Of a stretch of 64,000 nt of DNA, positions 1 through 12,597 are shown in pieces. The notes beneath the pieces were generated by a model that saw only the letters and a list, made by a program, of their open reading frames with translations, was not told the DNA's origin and made no database searches. Origin of the DNA: Felis catus (taxonomy: Eukaryota); contig NC_058373.1 of the NCBI RefSeq assembly GCF_018350175.1, positions 117,306,001 through 117,370,000 on the forward strand, written 5' to 3'. The number at the start of each line of letters is the position of its first letter. Positions within the stretch are counted from its first letter, which is position 1. The translations under genes and the position numbers were made by a program.

Positions 1-1
1 A

Positions 2-558
2 TGTGTATAACTAGCTATTTCTGTGTAATAAATTACCACAAATGTAGGTGCTTAAAACAACGCATGTTTGTGATCTGGTAGAATCTATTGGCCAGGAATC
101 TGGGCCTGGCTTAACTGAGTCTTCTGCTTTAAGAACTCCCATGAGGCATTGCCAAGACTGGGGTTCTACCTGCAAATTCCACTAAGGAAGGGTCCATATG
201 GAAGCTCATTTACGTAGGGGCTAACAGGATTCTGCTCCCATAGGGCTGTAGGACTGAGGTCTGTCAGGTCCCTGTTGCCTGTGGGCCAGGGGACCCCCTC
301 AGTTCCTTGCCAAATGGGCCTTCCCATCATGGAAGTTTGCTTCATCAAAGCCAGCAAGGAAAAGAATCTTCCAGCAAGATGGGACTTAGAGCTCTGCATA
401 ATGTAATAGAAGGATGACATTCTCATCGCCTTTGTCATATTCCATTGGTTAGAAGCAAATCACAAGTCCTACCTATACTCAAGGGGAGGGGATTACACAG
501 GCACATGAATATTAAGAGGTGGGGATCATTGGGGGCCATCCTAGACTCTGTCCTCTAC
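2..558 (-). mobile_element. MaLR LTR (MLT1-type) solo LTR, old
   Basis: Starts with the reverse complement of an MLT1 3' end (tagctatt...tgtgtaataaattaccacaaa...gcttaaaacaac) and ends ggggccatcctagactctgtcctctacac; typical MLT1 body in between. Confidence 0.8.
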
Positions 559-1284
559 ACTATTTGCACACTGAATATTAACATCGTTTGTACTTCTGCA
601 TTAACAGTACTCTCCAGAGGAAAATCCGCTGTATGCCAGATGATAACTTTGATCTTCTTGCTTTAATTCCTTACCCCATCCGTGATTATAACTAACAAAA
701 CTTTAGGGTATATTGGTGGTAAAAAGAATCCTGATTCTAGAAATTTAATTAATAGCCAACATGAGGCAGGACCGTTTCTGTATTGTAGGTAAACTAAAAC
801 TTTATCACCAGGAGAAATGGGTCAGAATATGTAAAACACAGTAGCTAATACTAACCAGCTAGGGGTGGGAGCCTATACAGTGAGGTTGTTGATCAATGAC
901 TCTGGCCCTATTGGACCTCTGCCTGGAAGATACTAGCTGTGCCTGGTATTAACCCATCAGTTGCTGAATAGTGGGGAGATTTCTGGTGGGGATTTTGGGG
1001 AGGGGATCTGAGTGGTAGAGCTAGAGGTTCCTGGGTAATTCTATTTACTAATCATTGAAGACATATTTTAATAACAATAATTGGTACACCTGTCAGCGCA
1101 TGCTATTAGCTCTTATTAATAGTTAATAATAACAGCTAATATATAGTATTTGTAATGCACAGAAAGAGAATGCAGCCAATATTTCCTATGCTAGGGTCTA
1201 AGCTCTATCAGAGGGACTAGCAGTCCATGTGATTTATAGCTTTTCATATAAAGGACAATTTATTTTGAAAATATATATATATAG

Positions 1285-1347
1285 ACCACCTGCTACATGC
1301 CAGGTCCTGATCTAGTTGCTGGGGACATAGGAGTGAACAAAACAAAG
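1285..1347 (-). mobile_element. L2 3'-end fragment
   Basis: cacctgctacatgccaggtcctg...ggggacataggagtgaacaaaac resembles the antisense L2 3' terminus. Confidence 0.6.
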
Positions 1348-1895
1348 GAGCAGAGGCATAGTTTGAACTGCAGTGGTTTCTTTCCATGATATAAACATGT
1401 CCAGCAATATCTTTGGCCCTAAACCTGAGGACACAGACTCATCTGAAACCTCATGCATTTATCTATTGGGGCCCATTGCAAACAAGAAAGCACAGAGGCC
1501 CAGTTCTGACCGGGGGAAGTGCAGGACATAGGAGAGCGGTCCATCGTCATACAGGGAGCTCTCGGAGCCTCACAAATCATCCCAGGTTATCTACTACCTT
1601 GTTCTGAAATTGAAGAATGAGGTTCTTTCCCTGTGCCCTGGGTGATGGCAGGTTTTGTTACCAGTTCAAGCTGCTATTGTTACTGATTTTTCAGCTTTTT
1701 AAAGCAGCTCCCTCTCCCTTAATATTATGAGACTGGTTCAAAATATCAGCAGAAGAGCAAATACCAAATGGCTAAATATTTAAAAGATATAAAATCAAGC
1801 CAGCAAAATAAATGTATTCTATCTTCCAACCTTGACAATTGTGCTTTTAGAAAGACCTGCAGGCCAGGTTTGAGTTTAGAATTCTTGGGCACTTT

Positions 1896-2048
1896 ATTTT
1901 ATTATTTTTTAATTTTGATGTTTATTTAGTTAGTTTAATTTTTTTGTTATTTATTTATTTTTTATATGAAATTTATTGTCCAATTGGTTTCCATACAACA
2001 CCCAGTGCTCATCCCAACAGGTGCCCTCCTCAATGCCCATCACCCACT
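1896..2048 (-). mobile_element. Short 5'-truncated carnivore/feline L1 3' end with A-rich tail
   Basis: atatgaaatttattgtccaattggtttccatacaacacccagtgctcatcccaacaggtgccctcctcaatgcccatcaccca; the same motif recurs at 4739, 33355 and 62880. Confidence 0.9.
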
Positions 2049-2262
2049 ATTTTTTTTTTTTAACATTCGTTCATTTTTGAGAGACAGAGACAGGGCGTGA
2101 GTGGGGGCAGGGCAGAGAGAGAGGGAGACACAGAATCTGAAACAGGCTCCAGGCCCTGAGCTGTCAGCACAGAGCCCGATGCAGGGCTCGAATCCACGAA
2201 CCATGAGATCATGATCTGAGCAGAAGTCAGACGCTTGACCGACTGAGCCACCCAGGCGCCCC
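2049..2262 (-). mobile_element. Can-SINE (SINEC_Fc-type)
   Basis: Antisense tRNA-derived head ending ccacccaggcgcccc, CT-rich body, poly-T tail. Confidence 0.95.
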
Positions 2263-2547
2263 TGAACTTTTGGATACTTTCGGGGCCTGTGCCTCCGTGT
2301 GGTGGGATGTGGGGAGAGCCAGCTTCTATCCTGCCTCCTGCTTCCTTCCTTTCTCCATCCCTGCCACACCCCTCATTCTGAAGTGCGGGACACACATTCA
2401 GGGGGCCCACCCAGCCTCTACATCGAGGCTCCACCCACACACCCCTCAGACTACTGCTCTTTGGTCCCCCTCAGACCTTGGAGTGTGGGCTCAGCAGAGG
2501 CTTTCCCAGGCCCTGGGAGTGGACATGGGATCCTGCCGGCAGCATGT

Positions 2548-2851
2548 TCTAGAACTGTGCTGTGAGACAGCGTGGCCACATTGTGCCCACTGAGCACTCC
2601 TTGGCATGTGCTGTAAACGTGAAGCACACACTGGAGTTTGAAGACCTGATATGAGAAGTGAAGTGAATATTTTTTATTAGTGACTGCATATTGAAATAAT
2701 AATATTTTGGATATATTGGGTTAAATAAAATCTATTATTAAAATTAGTTTTACCGGTGTCGTTTTTGCTTTCTAATGTGACTACTAACAACTTGAAAATA
2801 TGTAGGTAGCTCGCGTTTGTGGCTGCCCTAACGTTTCTGTCGGGCACTGCT
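2548..2851. mobile_element. hAT-Charlie MITE (MER33/MER3-like)
   Basis: gcatattgaaataataatattttggatatattgggttaaataaaa...aatgtgactacta core typical of MER33/MER3. Confidence 0.75.
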
Positions 2852-3699
2852 GGTCTAGTAGGAGGCAATCGGGTCTGCTCGGGCACATCCCCTTGGTACC
2901 TAGGGCTTCTTGTCCTGTGGGGAGGGAGAGTCACCACAGAGCCCTCTAAACCATGGGCTCCTGGGCAGAGGCCCCTTGTGGTTTTGCTTTAAGGTGATGT
3001 TCATAATTAATATGCCTTTCCACCCTCTCCTGGCTAAATGACCTCTAAATCTCACTCCCCTGTGCTCACTGAGGTGAGAAGGTCACCTTTGCACCCCCAC
3101 CTCCCCATCACAACCACTTCTGAATCCACACGTACCAGGCGCAGGAAGCAAAATTGTTGTGTTTTGACAATTATCTTTGAGATGCCGTCATTCTTTGGAT
3201 AAGACAGAATCCAATCACTGAACAATTTTTCTGCAGGCACAGAGCCTCCTCTCTCCTTCTCCTTTTAGTTTGGGGAATACATTTATCTTTCTGAATGGAT
3301 TCTTCTAGTAGAATGATGACAGAAGGATCAGGAATGCCTTTTTGGATTCAAGAGGCAAACATTTTGCTGTGTGTGTTAAGGGTTAACATAAACTGTGGAA
3401 TTAGGATACAGGTCCTGTCTAAGAAGAAGATTTGCTTCTCCAATCTCTAGAGAAAGAAAACTGTAGACAGTCCTTGATGACTTACATAAGAAATTCAAGT
3501 TTATGGTATATTGCTTTGTGACAGCTTTAAGAATTTACAATGAATGCTTTAGACTATGGGTTTAGGGTTTCAACAGAAACAATGGCTTATTTAGGGGGCT
3601 TGTGCCTTTTGCCATCTGACTTGCATTTATAAGGAGGAAGTATTAATAATTTAGATGTTTGAAATCTCTTCAGCCCGTTGCTTTATTTCTTATTGGAGT

Positions 3700-4131
3700 A
3701 GAGGGTGGCTAGCTCTTAATAAAACTGTTTTTCCTCCTGAACACATAGCTGGATTATATTACCTGGCCTCCCTTGCAATGAGGTGTGGCTGAATGACTCA
3801 GACTGGCTCAGAGATGTTGGCTGGAGTGATGTATTCCTGCCCACATTGTCATTTACTCTTTATTCTTTTCTTCCTCTGCCTGTGGATGCGGAGTATCCAG
3901 GGGAGAGATTCAGAATGTGCATTTTAACAATTTTCAGGCGATACCTATACACATGCACATTTGAGAAACACTGCCCTAGGGAGCCTGGGTCCCTTCTGGT
4001 GGCTGAGAGGAGAGCCACCCAGGAGAGCCGCCCCTAGGAAATAGTCACCTTAGATGGTCCACGTGATAGAAATAAAAGTTTATTAGTAGTAAGTCACTGA
4101 GATTTGGGGCTAGCCTTCTCTGGCTAATATA
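3700..4131 (+). mobile_element. MaLR LTR (MLT1-type) with an internal MER5-like fragment (about 3905-3978)
   Basis: ggcctcccttgcaatgaggtgtggc...gagcctgggtccct...gaaataaa...aagtcactgagatttgggg...ctaatata. Confidence 0.65.
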
Positions 4132-4738
4132 TTCACAAAGTATTCGAAGAACTGTGTACCTGTAATGTATTCCCTTCTTACGAATACTCTCTGCCTGCCA
4201 GAATGGTCTCATTATATACCTCCATTGTCCAAATTATTTAATAAAGACTAAAGTAGACCTTATAAGCGATATTAGTGAAACCTTGTGGATAGTTTTTTAG
4301 AAATCACCAAAATTACAAAACACTGGCAAATTCGCATTTGCCCTCTATATATCTTGTGAAGTTCCCTCTTTCCCCCCATCTTTCCATCCTTTTATTTTTT
4401 CAGCTGCCTCCTTAACTTCCTAGTAGCCCCAAAGGAGTGAAAATGGTCTCTGTTTCCATAATGGGTGAGGAGGTCACTCATTTGCAAAATCCCCATGGAA
4501 GCCAAATTATAGGAAGATTCAGAGGCAAGAACATAAATTTTCATTTCTCTTAACTCTGTTATCTTTTTTCACTGGACCCTCTTTAATATCCTTAGGCCAA
4601 CGTTGATTTCTATAGCTTAATTATACAAGTTAAAATAGGTTATGTCTTTATTATCATAAGGAATACAATAATATGTATATTAATATGTCCATTCATTCTT
4701 GGTATAGAGAATAATCCAATCAAAAATAATCTGTTATA

Positions 4739-4809
4739 GGAGGGCACCCCTTGGGATGAGCACTGGGTGTTGTATGGAAACCAATCTGACAATAAATTAT
4801 ATTTAGTAT
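4739..4809 (+). mobile_element. Extremely 5'-truncated carnivore L1 (about 70 bp) with TSD
   Basis: ggagggcacc...gggatgagcactgggtgttgtatggaaaccaatctgacaataaa; flanked by aaaaataatctgtt(a/c)ta at 4722-4738 and 4810-4826. Confidence 0.9.
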
Positions 4810-5155
4810 AAAAATAATCTGTTCTATCTATGATAGGTATAGGACAGCCTTCAAAAACCAGCTTGTAAAGCATTAATAAGAGACTTACTGATTTTTTTTG
4901 TCCCCTATAGATCTGGAGACGCAAGGTATTCCCAAGATGGATGAGTTTATTGGATGTGTATGTGTGTATCCGAGTATATCTGAGTAGCCGTCTGTGTTGG
5001 ATTAGGCAGAGACACTATTTTAAAACCTTCATCAGAATTACCTATCTTTATACATTTTAAATGAAGAAATCAAGGCAGTATTTCCTTTTTGGCTTACATT
5101 ATTACATACTAAATTATCAAAGAACCAGCACGTCCAAATCTCATCATTTTCATTA

Positions 5156-5208
5156 AACACGTATACACACGCTTGCACTTATATACATGTATGCATGTAT
5201 ACACGCTG

Positions 5209-5245
<37 letters not shown>

Positions 5246-5340
5246 CTACAAGGAAAAGCAAAAAGAAGCTGCCTTAAAGGACATGTGCACACGTGCATGC
5301 ACACATGCACAAGCATGCACGTGCACACATGCGTACACAA
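5156..5340. repeat. (CA)17 microsatellite with degenerate alternating purine-pyrimidine flanks
   Basis: CA run at 5210-5243 plus TGCA/CACGTG-rich tract at 5281-5339. Confidence 0.9.
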
Positions 5341-5681
5341 GTCGCTTTGGCTTCTCTTCTTTTCCGGCCCATCCTTGTAGAGAGGAATGACCACTTCCAT
5401 TTACTGCAAAAACTCCGGCAGAAAAGTGTAATATGCAAGAACCGCGAGCTTAGTGGCAGAGAAAAGAAGATTCTTTGAAGCTTTTCGCACTTGGGCTATC
5501 CTAGCAATAGACAAATGTTTCCATACACAGGGATCCATCAAGGTGTTGAAGAGATTAGGTGCCACTGTGATGGAGGTTTTACCAAATTTTAGCTTTCCGT
5601 CACTTCTCCCCTAAAATATCTTGGGGTTATATGTGCTGGGGTTTTTGTTTTCTTTTTTTTTTTTTTTAAGAGAAAGCTGTC

Positions 5682-5834
5682 TTTTTTTTTTTTTAAGTTT
5701 ATTTCTTTTGTGTGAGAGAGGAAGTGCAAGTCGGGGAGGGGCAGAGAGAGGAAGGGGAGAGAATGTCAAGCAGGTTCTGCACTGTCACAGAACCGAAGTC
5801 GGATGCTTACCCGACTGAGCCACCCAGGCACCTC
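5682..5834 (-). mobile_element. Can-SINE with internal deletion
   Basis: Tail and head (gactgagccacccaggcacctc) present, central segment missing; flanked by aagagaaagc on both sides. Confidence 0.85.
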
Positions 5835-6019
5835 AAGAGAAAGCCTGAGGCAGGAGAAGGACACCCATGTCCTCTGGTTTGTATTGTAAGACTTTACAGC
5901 CTGATAGCAGCACATCTTGACTTTCTTGTTACTATCCTTAATGGTGGAGGAGAGGAAACACTGGCAATCATAAAATGCGAGTTCAATTAGCCTGACCTTT
6001 CATATTGAAATCTGAATTA

Positions 6020-6200
6020 TTAACAAGTGCTTTATGTGCCTTTTTGCATTTCATCCTCCCAACAACTCCACGAGATGGGTACCATTATTGTACCCTTTTG
6101 CCGAGAAGGAAACAGGCGCAGGGAAGTTAAGTAACCTGCCCAGCGTCTCCTAGGATTCCAACCCAAGTCATCTGGCTTCAGGAGCTGGCCTCTTAGTCAA
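6020..6200 (-). mobile_element. MIR
   Basis: catcctcccaacaactccacgagatgggtaccattatt...gaaggaaacaggcgcagggaagttaagtaacctgccca matches the MIR core. Confidence 0.8.
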
Positions 6201-6679
6201 GTTCCTCTGCTCTGGAGTTGATGTGCTCGCCTAAGGCTTGTGGTCATTCCCTGAGGCTTTGCATCTTGTGATTCTGGTGAACTCACGGAAATTTGGAAGT
6301 TTCACAAAGATTCAGATTGCTCAGGGATATGAAAATGACTCGTGGGCAGGGTGGAGCTTCCAAGGAAATCCATTTCATTCCCTTCTTAATGGGCTCTGCT
6401 AGTTTGCAAAAATCAAGAACTGTGATGATTTAAGATGTGTTTGAACTCTTTCAGATTTCCATAGAACCTCACTCAGCAGTCCTTTTGAGATGATGTCATA
6501 GTTCTTCTGTGTAAGCTAGCAATGCCTTCCAGGGGAAGAAGCCAGTGTATTTTACAAATGTTATCTTATCCTTACAGCACCCTTGAGGCTCAGCAAATGG
6601 TATTTAGTTACTGTTTAGGGGACTATAAAAATTAGGTTGTGGTTTCTAAAGTTTATTTTTATACCATTGAGAACGCATG

Positions 6680-6890
6680 CATTTATACATATATGCTGTC
6701 TATATAATATTGGATATCATGTATTATACACACACACGTATATAAAAGTTTCACGCAACACTCTTCGTGTATGTGATATGCTTTGATGTGTTGTATTCTG
6801 TTCCATTGTTCTCCATTATGCCATCTGTGACCCACAAAACTGACTGTATTACCTACAGATGGAGTATAACCTACAGTTTGCAAACATGAA
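6680..6890. mobile_element. Old hAT-Charlie element (MER112/MER113-like)
   Basis: gtgacccacaaaactga...acctacagtttgcaaaca terminal motif. Confidence 0.4.
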
Positions 6891-6979
6891 CTCCACAGCA
6901 TTTATGGATCTAACTCAGGCAGTGCCCTGTTGACCCCCTTTTGCAGCGACCAGTTGTGACTTTCAAACTTTAGTCTTTT

Positions 6980-7097
6980 GGGACGCCTGGGTGGCTCAGT
7001 TGGTTGAGTGTCCAGCTCTTGATTTTGGCTCAGGTCATGATCCCAGGGTTGTGGGATCCACATGTTGGGCTCCCCCTGAGCATGGACCCTACTTAGG

Positions 7098-7136
<39 letters not shown>

Positions 7137-7207
7137 CTTTCTCTCCCCTTCTCCTCAGCTTATGCTCTCTTTCTCTAAAATAAAAAGCAAAAACAAAAAA
7201 CCTCCCA
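6980..7207 (+). mobile_element. Can-SINE (older subfamily)
   Basis: gggacgcctgggtggctcagttggttgag head, (CT)n tract, A-rich tail; TSD-like aaactttag flanks. Confidence 0.92.
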
Positions 7208-7295
7208 AAACTTTAGGTTTTTTTTTATGTACATGAAAAGTTAGCAGCTTGGCATTAGATCTGGAATGTCCTAGAATCCCTTCCACATGCTCAGT

Positions 7296-7495
7296 GGCTA
7301 TTTATTGAGCACCAGCTGTGTGTCAGGCACTGGCATGACAGCAGTGACCCAGACAGAGTCACTCCACTTGAGGACCTGGCCATCTAGTGGCGGGGGGGGG
7401 GGGGGGGAGGGGGGCAGAGAGAAAATAAACGTATCATCTGTCAGGTGGCAGAAAGTACTTCTAAAGAAAAATGAAGTCAGCTAAGCTACAGTGAC
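7296..7495 (-). mobile_element. L2 fragment containing a poly-G tract
   Basis: tatttattgagcaccagctgtgtgtcaggcactgg is the antisense L2 3' end. Confidence 0.7.
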
Positions 7496-7562
7496 ATTTT
7501 GGCAGAGAGCTGTTTTGCCTTTTCCTGGATCTCTCCTTATCTGAGGCTTTTCTTGCTCTCAA

Positions 7563-7767
7563 GCAGTGACTGCTAATTAGGGGCAGTGTGGACCTTCTAG
7601 GAACCCTTGGCAATTTCTGTTGTCACATCTGGGGGAGGCAGTGCTGCTGGTATCTCGTGGGTAGGGACCGAACGTATGGCTAATATCCTACATCGTATGG
7701 GACAGCCTCCCCCAACAAAGAATTATTGGCCTCGGAATGTCAATAATGCCAAGCAGAGAAATCTTGC
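7563..7767. mobile_element. MER20 (hAT-Charlie MITE)
   Basis: ttgtcacatctgggggaggcagtgctgctggtatctcgtgggtag...cccccaacaaagaattattggcc...aatgtcaataatgccaag. Confidence 0.85.
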
Positions 7768-10649
7768 TTGGGAGCCATGCTCGGGGGTCCAGTGGTCTTC
7801 CTGAACTAGGCATGGAAAGGTAAACTCCTCTCATCTGCGACGCCTCTTTCTGGCCCAGGAGAGCCTACGCCATAGCCTGTCTTGGTGACAGAGTTGTTTT
7901 TTGTTGAGCCCCAGAGTTATTGGCACCAGAATGCTGTCTTCATGTTTCCACTTAACAAGAATACCCACCAATGAAATGCACGTTCGGGAAGAGAGACACA
8001 GTGATGTGACACATTTCTCTGTTCTTCTCCATTAACCTCCTACCTTGAATGGGTGCTGGAGATTCCAATAGGAGCTGGTCCTCCGGGCTTCGGGCCTGCC
8101 TCATGGATTTTATTTAAACATACTGCATGACCCAAGATTCTGGGGATCAAAATAACAGATCAGCACCTCCTGCCCCTTCCTCTCAATGGAATAAATGGAA
8201 ACTTTGTTTGGCTGTGGCTCCAAAAGAAGATGAAAGACTTACTTCCTTTTCAGACATATGTCATATTTCTCCCTTTCATTTCCTCTTGATAGCTGACCCT
8301 CAGCTGTTGGAGTTTCCCCGTCCACAAAGTACTTTGAGAGGATGCTCAGGTCACCTGTGTGAGGAAATACCCTTCCAGGTCTGTAGGGCCACAGCCTCTT
8401 ACTCTGCGTGGGGCACACCAGCGGGCCCCTTTGCCTCCCCAGCTGTGCGGGAGAGAGGGCCGGCACAGGGGCTTCTCCCTGGAGACATGCTTCAGCCCCA
8501 AGGGCTCCCGACTATGGCAGCCCCACGCAGGACTGCTGAGTAGAGACCCAAATGCCCTGGTCTCCTGTGATTCTTGGAAACAGTCTTTTGAGGCTCCAAG
8601 CCAAGCGGCAGAAAAATTCCAGGATGTTTTCAGGGGTAAGCTTGAGAAGAGGTGATTTCAGGAAGAAAAAAAAACAAAAACAAAACAACTCCCTAGGATG
8701 TCCCCTATCATCCAATGCTTGGGGGTCCCTGGAAACCCCACTCTGGGTCCCAGTATGTAGCCAGGCCTTAAGTGGATGGTCAGGGTGTATGGACTATTTG
8801 CTAGACCCTGCTTGGGAGCTCTTCCAAATGTGGGAGAGGCACCATAACATGTGGCCATTCAGGAAGCAGAACTTTTTTTTTGTTACTGGTGGCTGGTGTG
8901 TGTAATTATTAAATGTTTTTCTGGCAACTTCCCTGTTTTGACCAGGAGTCTCTCTCCTTACCACCCACTCCCCCAAATCACCCTCTCAACCCTCTTAGAA
9001 CCCTGGATAATTCTCTCATTCTCTTTGTCATTTTCATACCGTGCACCTGGAACTCATATTCTGGTTAAACACTCTAGCACAAGAAAGAGGAAGCAAGAAG
9101 GGATACAAAGAGGGTATGTCTAAACACTATTAATTCTAGAATTTTCAGTGAGTCATGTCTCATGACCTCTATGCCAATAATCAACTTTCTTTTCCCACTA
9201 GAAGCAAAGTAGCATGCTCGTAACCTCTCATATCTATAATGACTTGCTTCATTCATGCATACATGTATTAATTCATTCAACATAACTTTATTCAGTATAT
9301 ATTATGATCTAGGAATGGGGCTGGGCTGGCCCCGTGGGAAATGCAAAGATGAAGTAAGACACATTCCCTCTCTCAAGCAAGTTTGAGTAGTATGGAGAAG
9401 ACTGGATATTGCCTTAGCAAACCAGAAGCTATCCTGGATGACAGTGGTTTGGGATGAAACAAGGCATTTTCAGATGAGTGCCGTGGTCAGTGAGGCTGGG
9501 TCAGAGGTTCCTCGAGGGGAGGGACTGCTGACACATCACTGGGTTGCCAGTCTAGTGCCTGGTGGCTGGTGCATGCTTCTTACGTGTCAACTGAACTTCT
9601 ATGATAGTGCCAAGGGGGAAGCAGAGGGGATGCTTTCTGGAATGACCCATGGAGGATAAGGAGTGGAGTAGACTGGCCTAGGAAAATGGGCAGTTCTGGT
9701 CCCCATTGTTCCTTAATCTTGTAATGAACGAGCTCTCAGCCCATAGGGCTTGGATGACTGTGTCTGTATCTCGATGCCATTAGCATCACTAAGAGATGCC
9801 CCTCCTTGCTCCCCCAGGTTACCACTAAAGTGGCTCCTCTACCCCCTCCCAGGAGAAGTTGGAAGGACATGGAATCCTGTGGAGGGAACTTTCTGTTGCA
9901 AACAAGGCCAATAAATTCCAAGGGACAAATCTCATGTGGAGCCCCAAGTCACTGTGCAGATCTTCTAATCCACACCTCAGAATGAGTAGAATTTGTTTGG
10001 TGTCACATATCAGCAAGATAAGTCGGTTGTTTTCAAGCGGTTTGGTTGGGTAGTGATGGAGCATGCATTTTGGAGAACCATAATTGTGTAATTCAAGAAT
10101 GTGATGCATTGTCCCTTCTCCCTGCCACCACCCACCCCCATGGAGAGAGATGACTTAGGGCATGCTTCTCCATGCACTTTGGAAGTCTCTGCAAGAAGGG
10201 GAGAATGGCATTCTGCTCCTCCGCTTAGGTTTGCTGAGGGTAGGGGCTGCAAGCACAAGACCTGCTCTTGTGACCTCAGAGCAAGGGGGAAAGACCACAG
10301 AAATGGATGCCACCAGAAGGGTGAGAGTTCCAGTCAGCACACAGAGCTGGTTGAGGATGTGACCGTGAACAGCTGCACTGTGTCCTGTTTCCACTGACAT
10401 GCCTTTACCCGCATACCAGCCCCTTCTCTGTCTTTGATGCCAAGAAAGAGCAAAGAGCAAGCCTGAAGCCTTCTGGGAATACAGATGCTAGAAAGTAGGG
10501 GAGGAGGCTGGGAAAGAGCCAACTTAGGGTTGTGAACAGTGATGAGTTAAACTAGTTGCATCTGCCTGAAAATTAACTAAGAAAGTATTTTAAAGGAGAA
10601 GAGGCTGAAAATATAAGGAGCATTAATCTTATCCGTCTCTGTGAACTTT

Positions 10650-10652
<3 letters not shown>

Positions 10653-10700
<48 letters not shown>
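10653..10700. repeat. (AC)24 microsatellite
   Basis: Perfect dinucleotide run. Confidence 0.97.
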
Positions 10701-10702
<2 letters not shown>

Positions 10703-10704
10703 CC

Positions 10705-11165
10705 TGCACTTGGGTCCAGTAGAGAGCATTCCACCCCCCAAGATGGACCCCTTGTGCTCCTTTTCGGTCACTGCCTCCCCAAGATAACCATTATTCTGAC
10801 TTCTATCACCACTGATGAGTTTTACCTGTTTTTATTTTTTAACTTCACATGAATGAAGTCATATAATATGCTCTCTTTTGGGTGTGGCTTCTTCCCCTCA
10901 ACGTAATGCTTATGAGATTTTTCCACATTGTACTTAGGGGTAATGTTTTTTTCTTTTTCATTTTTAAGTGCTGTATATCACTCCAGAGTATAAATAAACC
11001 ACAATTTGTTTATTCACTCACTTGTTGATGGGAATTTGAGTTGTTTCCAGCTTCGAGTGCTTTTGAATGAAACTACTGTGTACCTACCTCCCCGTGTGCA
11101 TGCCTTCTGGCGGACAAAGGCACTCGTTTCTCCTAGATACGTGTCTGAGATTGGGACGATGTGTT
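10705..11165 (-). mobile_element. Old L1M 3' region fragment
   Basis: accattattctgacttctatcacc...tatgagatttttccacattg...accacaatttgtttattcactcacttgttgatgggaatttgagttgtttccag. Confidence 0.8.
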
Positions 11166-12597
11166 GTGAGGTAGGTCTAGGTGTAGCTTTACACCAGGTT
11201 TGTTTGATTCTTCTGTCCAGGACAAAGGTAGCAAACAGGGTGTCTGAAAGCAGAGGGGTTGAAAAGGCTGGTGTGAGTAGGGTGAGTGGATGGCTTGTAC
11301 GGGGTAGGGAAGCAAGTACTTCGAAGACCCCCGAGGATGCCTGATGCTAGGGGCTCAGGAAGACTCATTAGGAATCACTTTTTGCTGTGTCTGGACTTAG
11401 AGAATGCCGAGTGAAAGGGCCAGATGGGTAGACTTAAGAAACTGGAAGAGTTTCGTCTTTCTAGTTTTGTCTACTAGCACAACATAAAGTAATCGACCTT
11501 GGACGTATCACGGGATCTTTCAGTTTTACTTTCTCACTTATAAAATAAAAAGGCTGTTCGGGGTGATTTCTCAATGATCTTTGAGCTCTCATCATCATTA
11601 TGTGAATAGCAGCTTTGTTATGAATGATCAGTTCAAGTGTAGGAGAAAATCACATGGAAATTACAGGAAAAGCCTGCTGTTGTCTCCTTCTGTTGTTTTA
11701 ACATCCGCCACTGGATGTTAAAAGAATATGAGAATGTCATTCCTTGGCTTAGACCAGTCCAGCTATGGGTGCCATTCGTCCTTCATGGGCAGCACCTGAG
11801 CCTCCTCTTGTTCCTCCAGGGAATGCTGTGCCCCACATATGCCGGTCCATTTCTGCCCCATCTCCCACTGATTGAGCCACTGCTCCTGGCTGGTCTGCTG
11901 GCTATTCTGATGCCCTCACTGAAACCATGTCTGAGGGTTGACATAGGTAGGTGGACCATTTTCTTCCATTCATTTACCCGTTCACAAAGTAACTCCAGGT
12001 GTGGCCACTACAGCCATCTCTGAGCCACACTGAGCCGTGACACCCTTCTTGACATTTGTCTATGGCCTTGGCTGCCCTGCCCTGGCTTACTCCCAGACAT
12101 GGCATGGACCTCACTTTCCTTTCTCCACTTGGGCCAAATCACCCCCCAAAATCAGCAGTCCCCAGAGGACACTCCTGACCTCTGTTGCTTCTTCCCCAGC
12201 CTTTCAGCTGCAGTTGGGGAAAAAACAGTTCCGCCCCAGTCCTTCTGATGCTTGGGAGCAGCTGTGAAATGACACTGCCACCAAATGCCCTGGAGAAATA
12301 AGATGGGGCTCTTGGGGGCTACTAATTCACAACCTGCTGGATGGAGCCCACATTTGTGGTATCTCAGTATGCTTCCTCCACCTAAAGAGCCCGACCTGCA
12401 GGAGGGAAACTCCTTTTCTCCTAAAACTACCCTGGTCCTTGGAATGGACACATCGCCAGAGACAGTTTATTCCTGACCCCCCTCCTCCTACCTGAGAAGT
12501 TCTAGATCTCACTAAATTCTAGTTTCTTCTTTCTTTCAAGAGCTTCATTAAAATATATTTACAACTTGTGTTTATTGTTTGTTGAAATTTAGCTATT

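Noticed and set aside
2040..2440. ORFs containing GAWVAQSVKR-type peptides (also 27098, 51846, 56626, 56743)
   Set aside because: These are translations of Can-SINE sequence, not genes.
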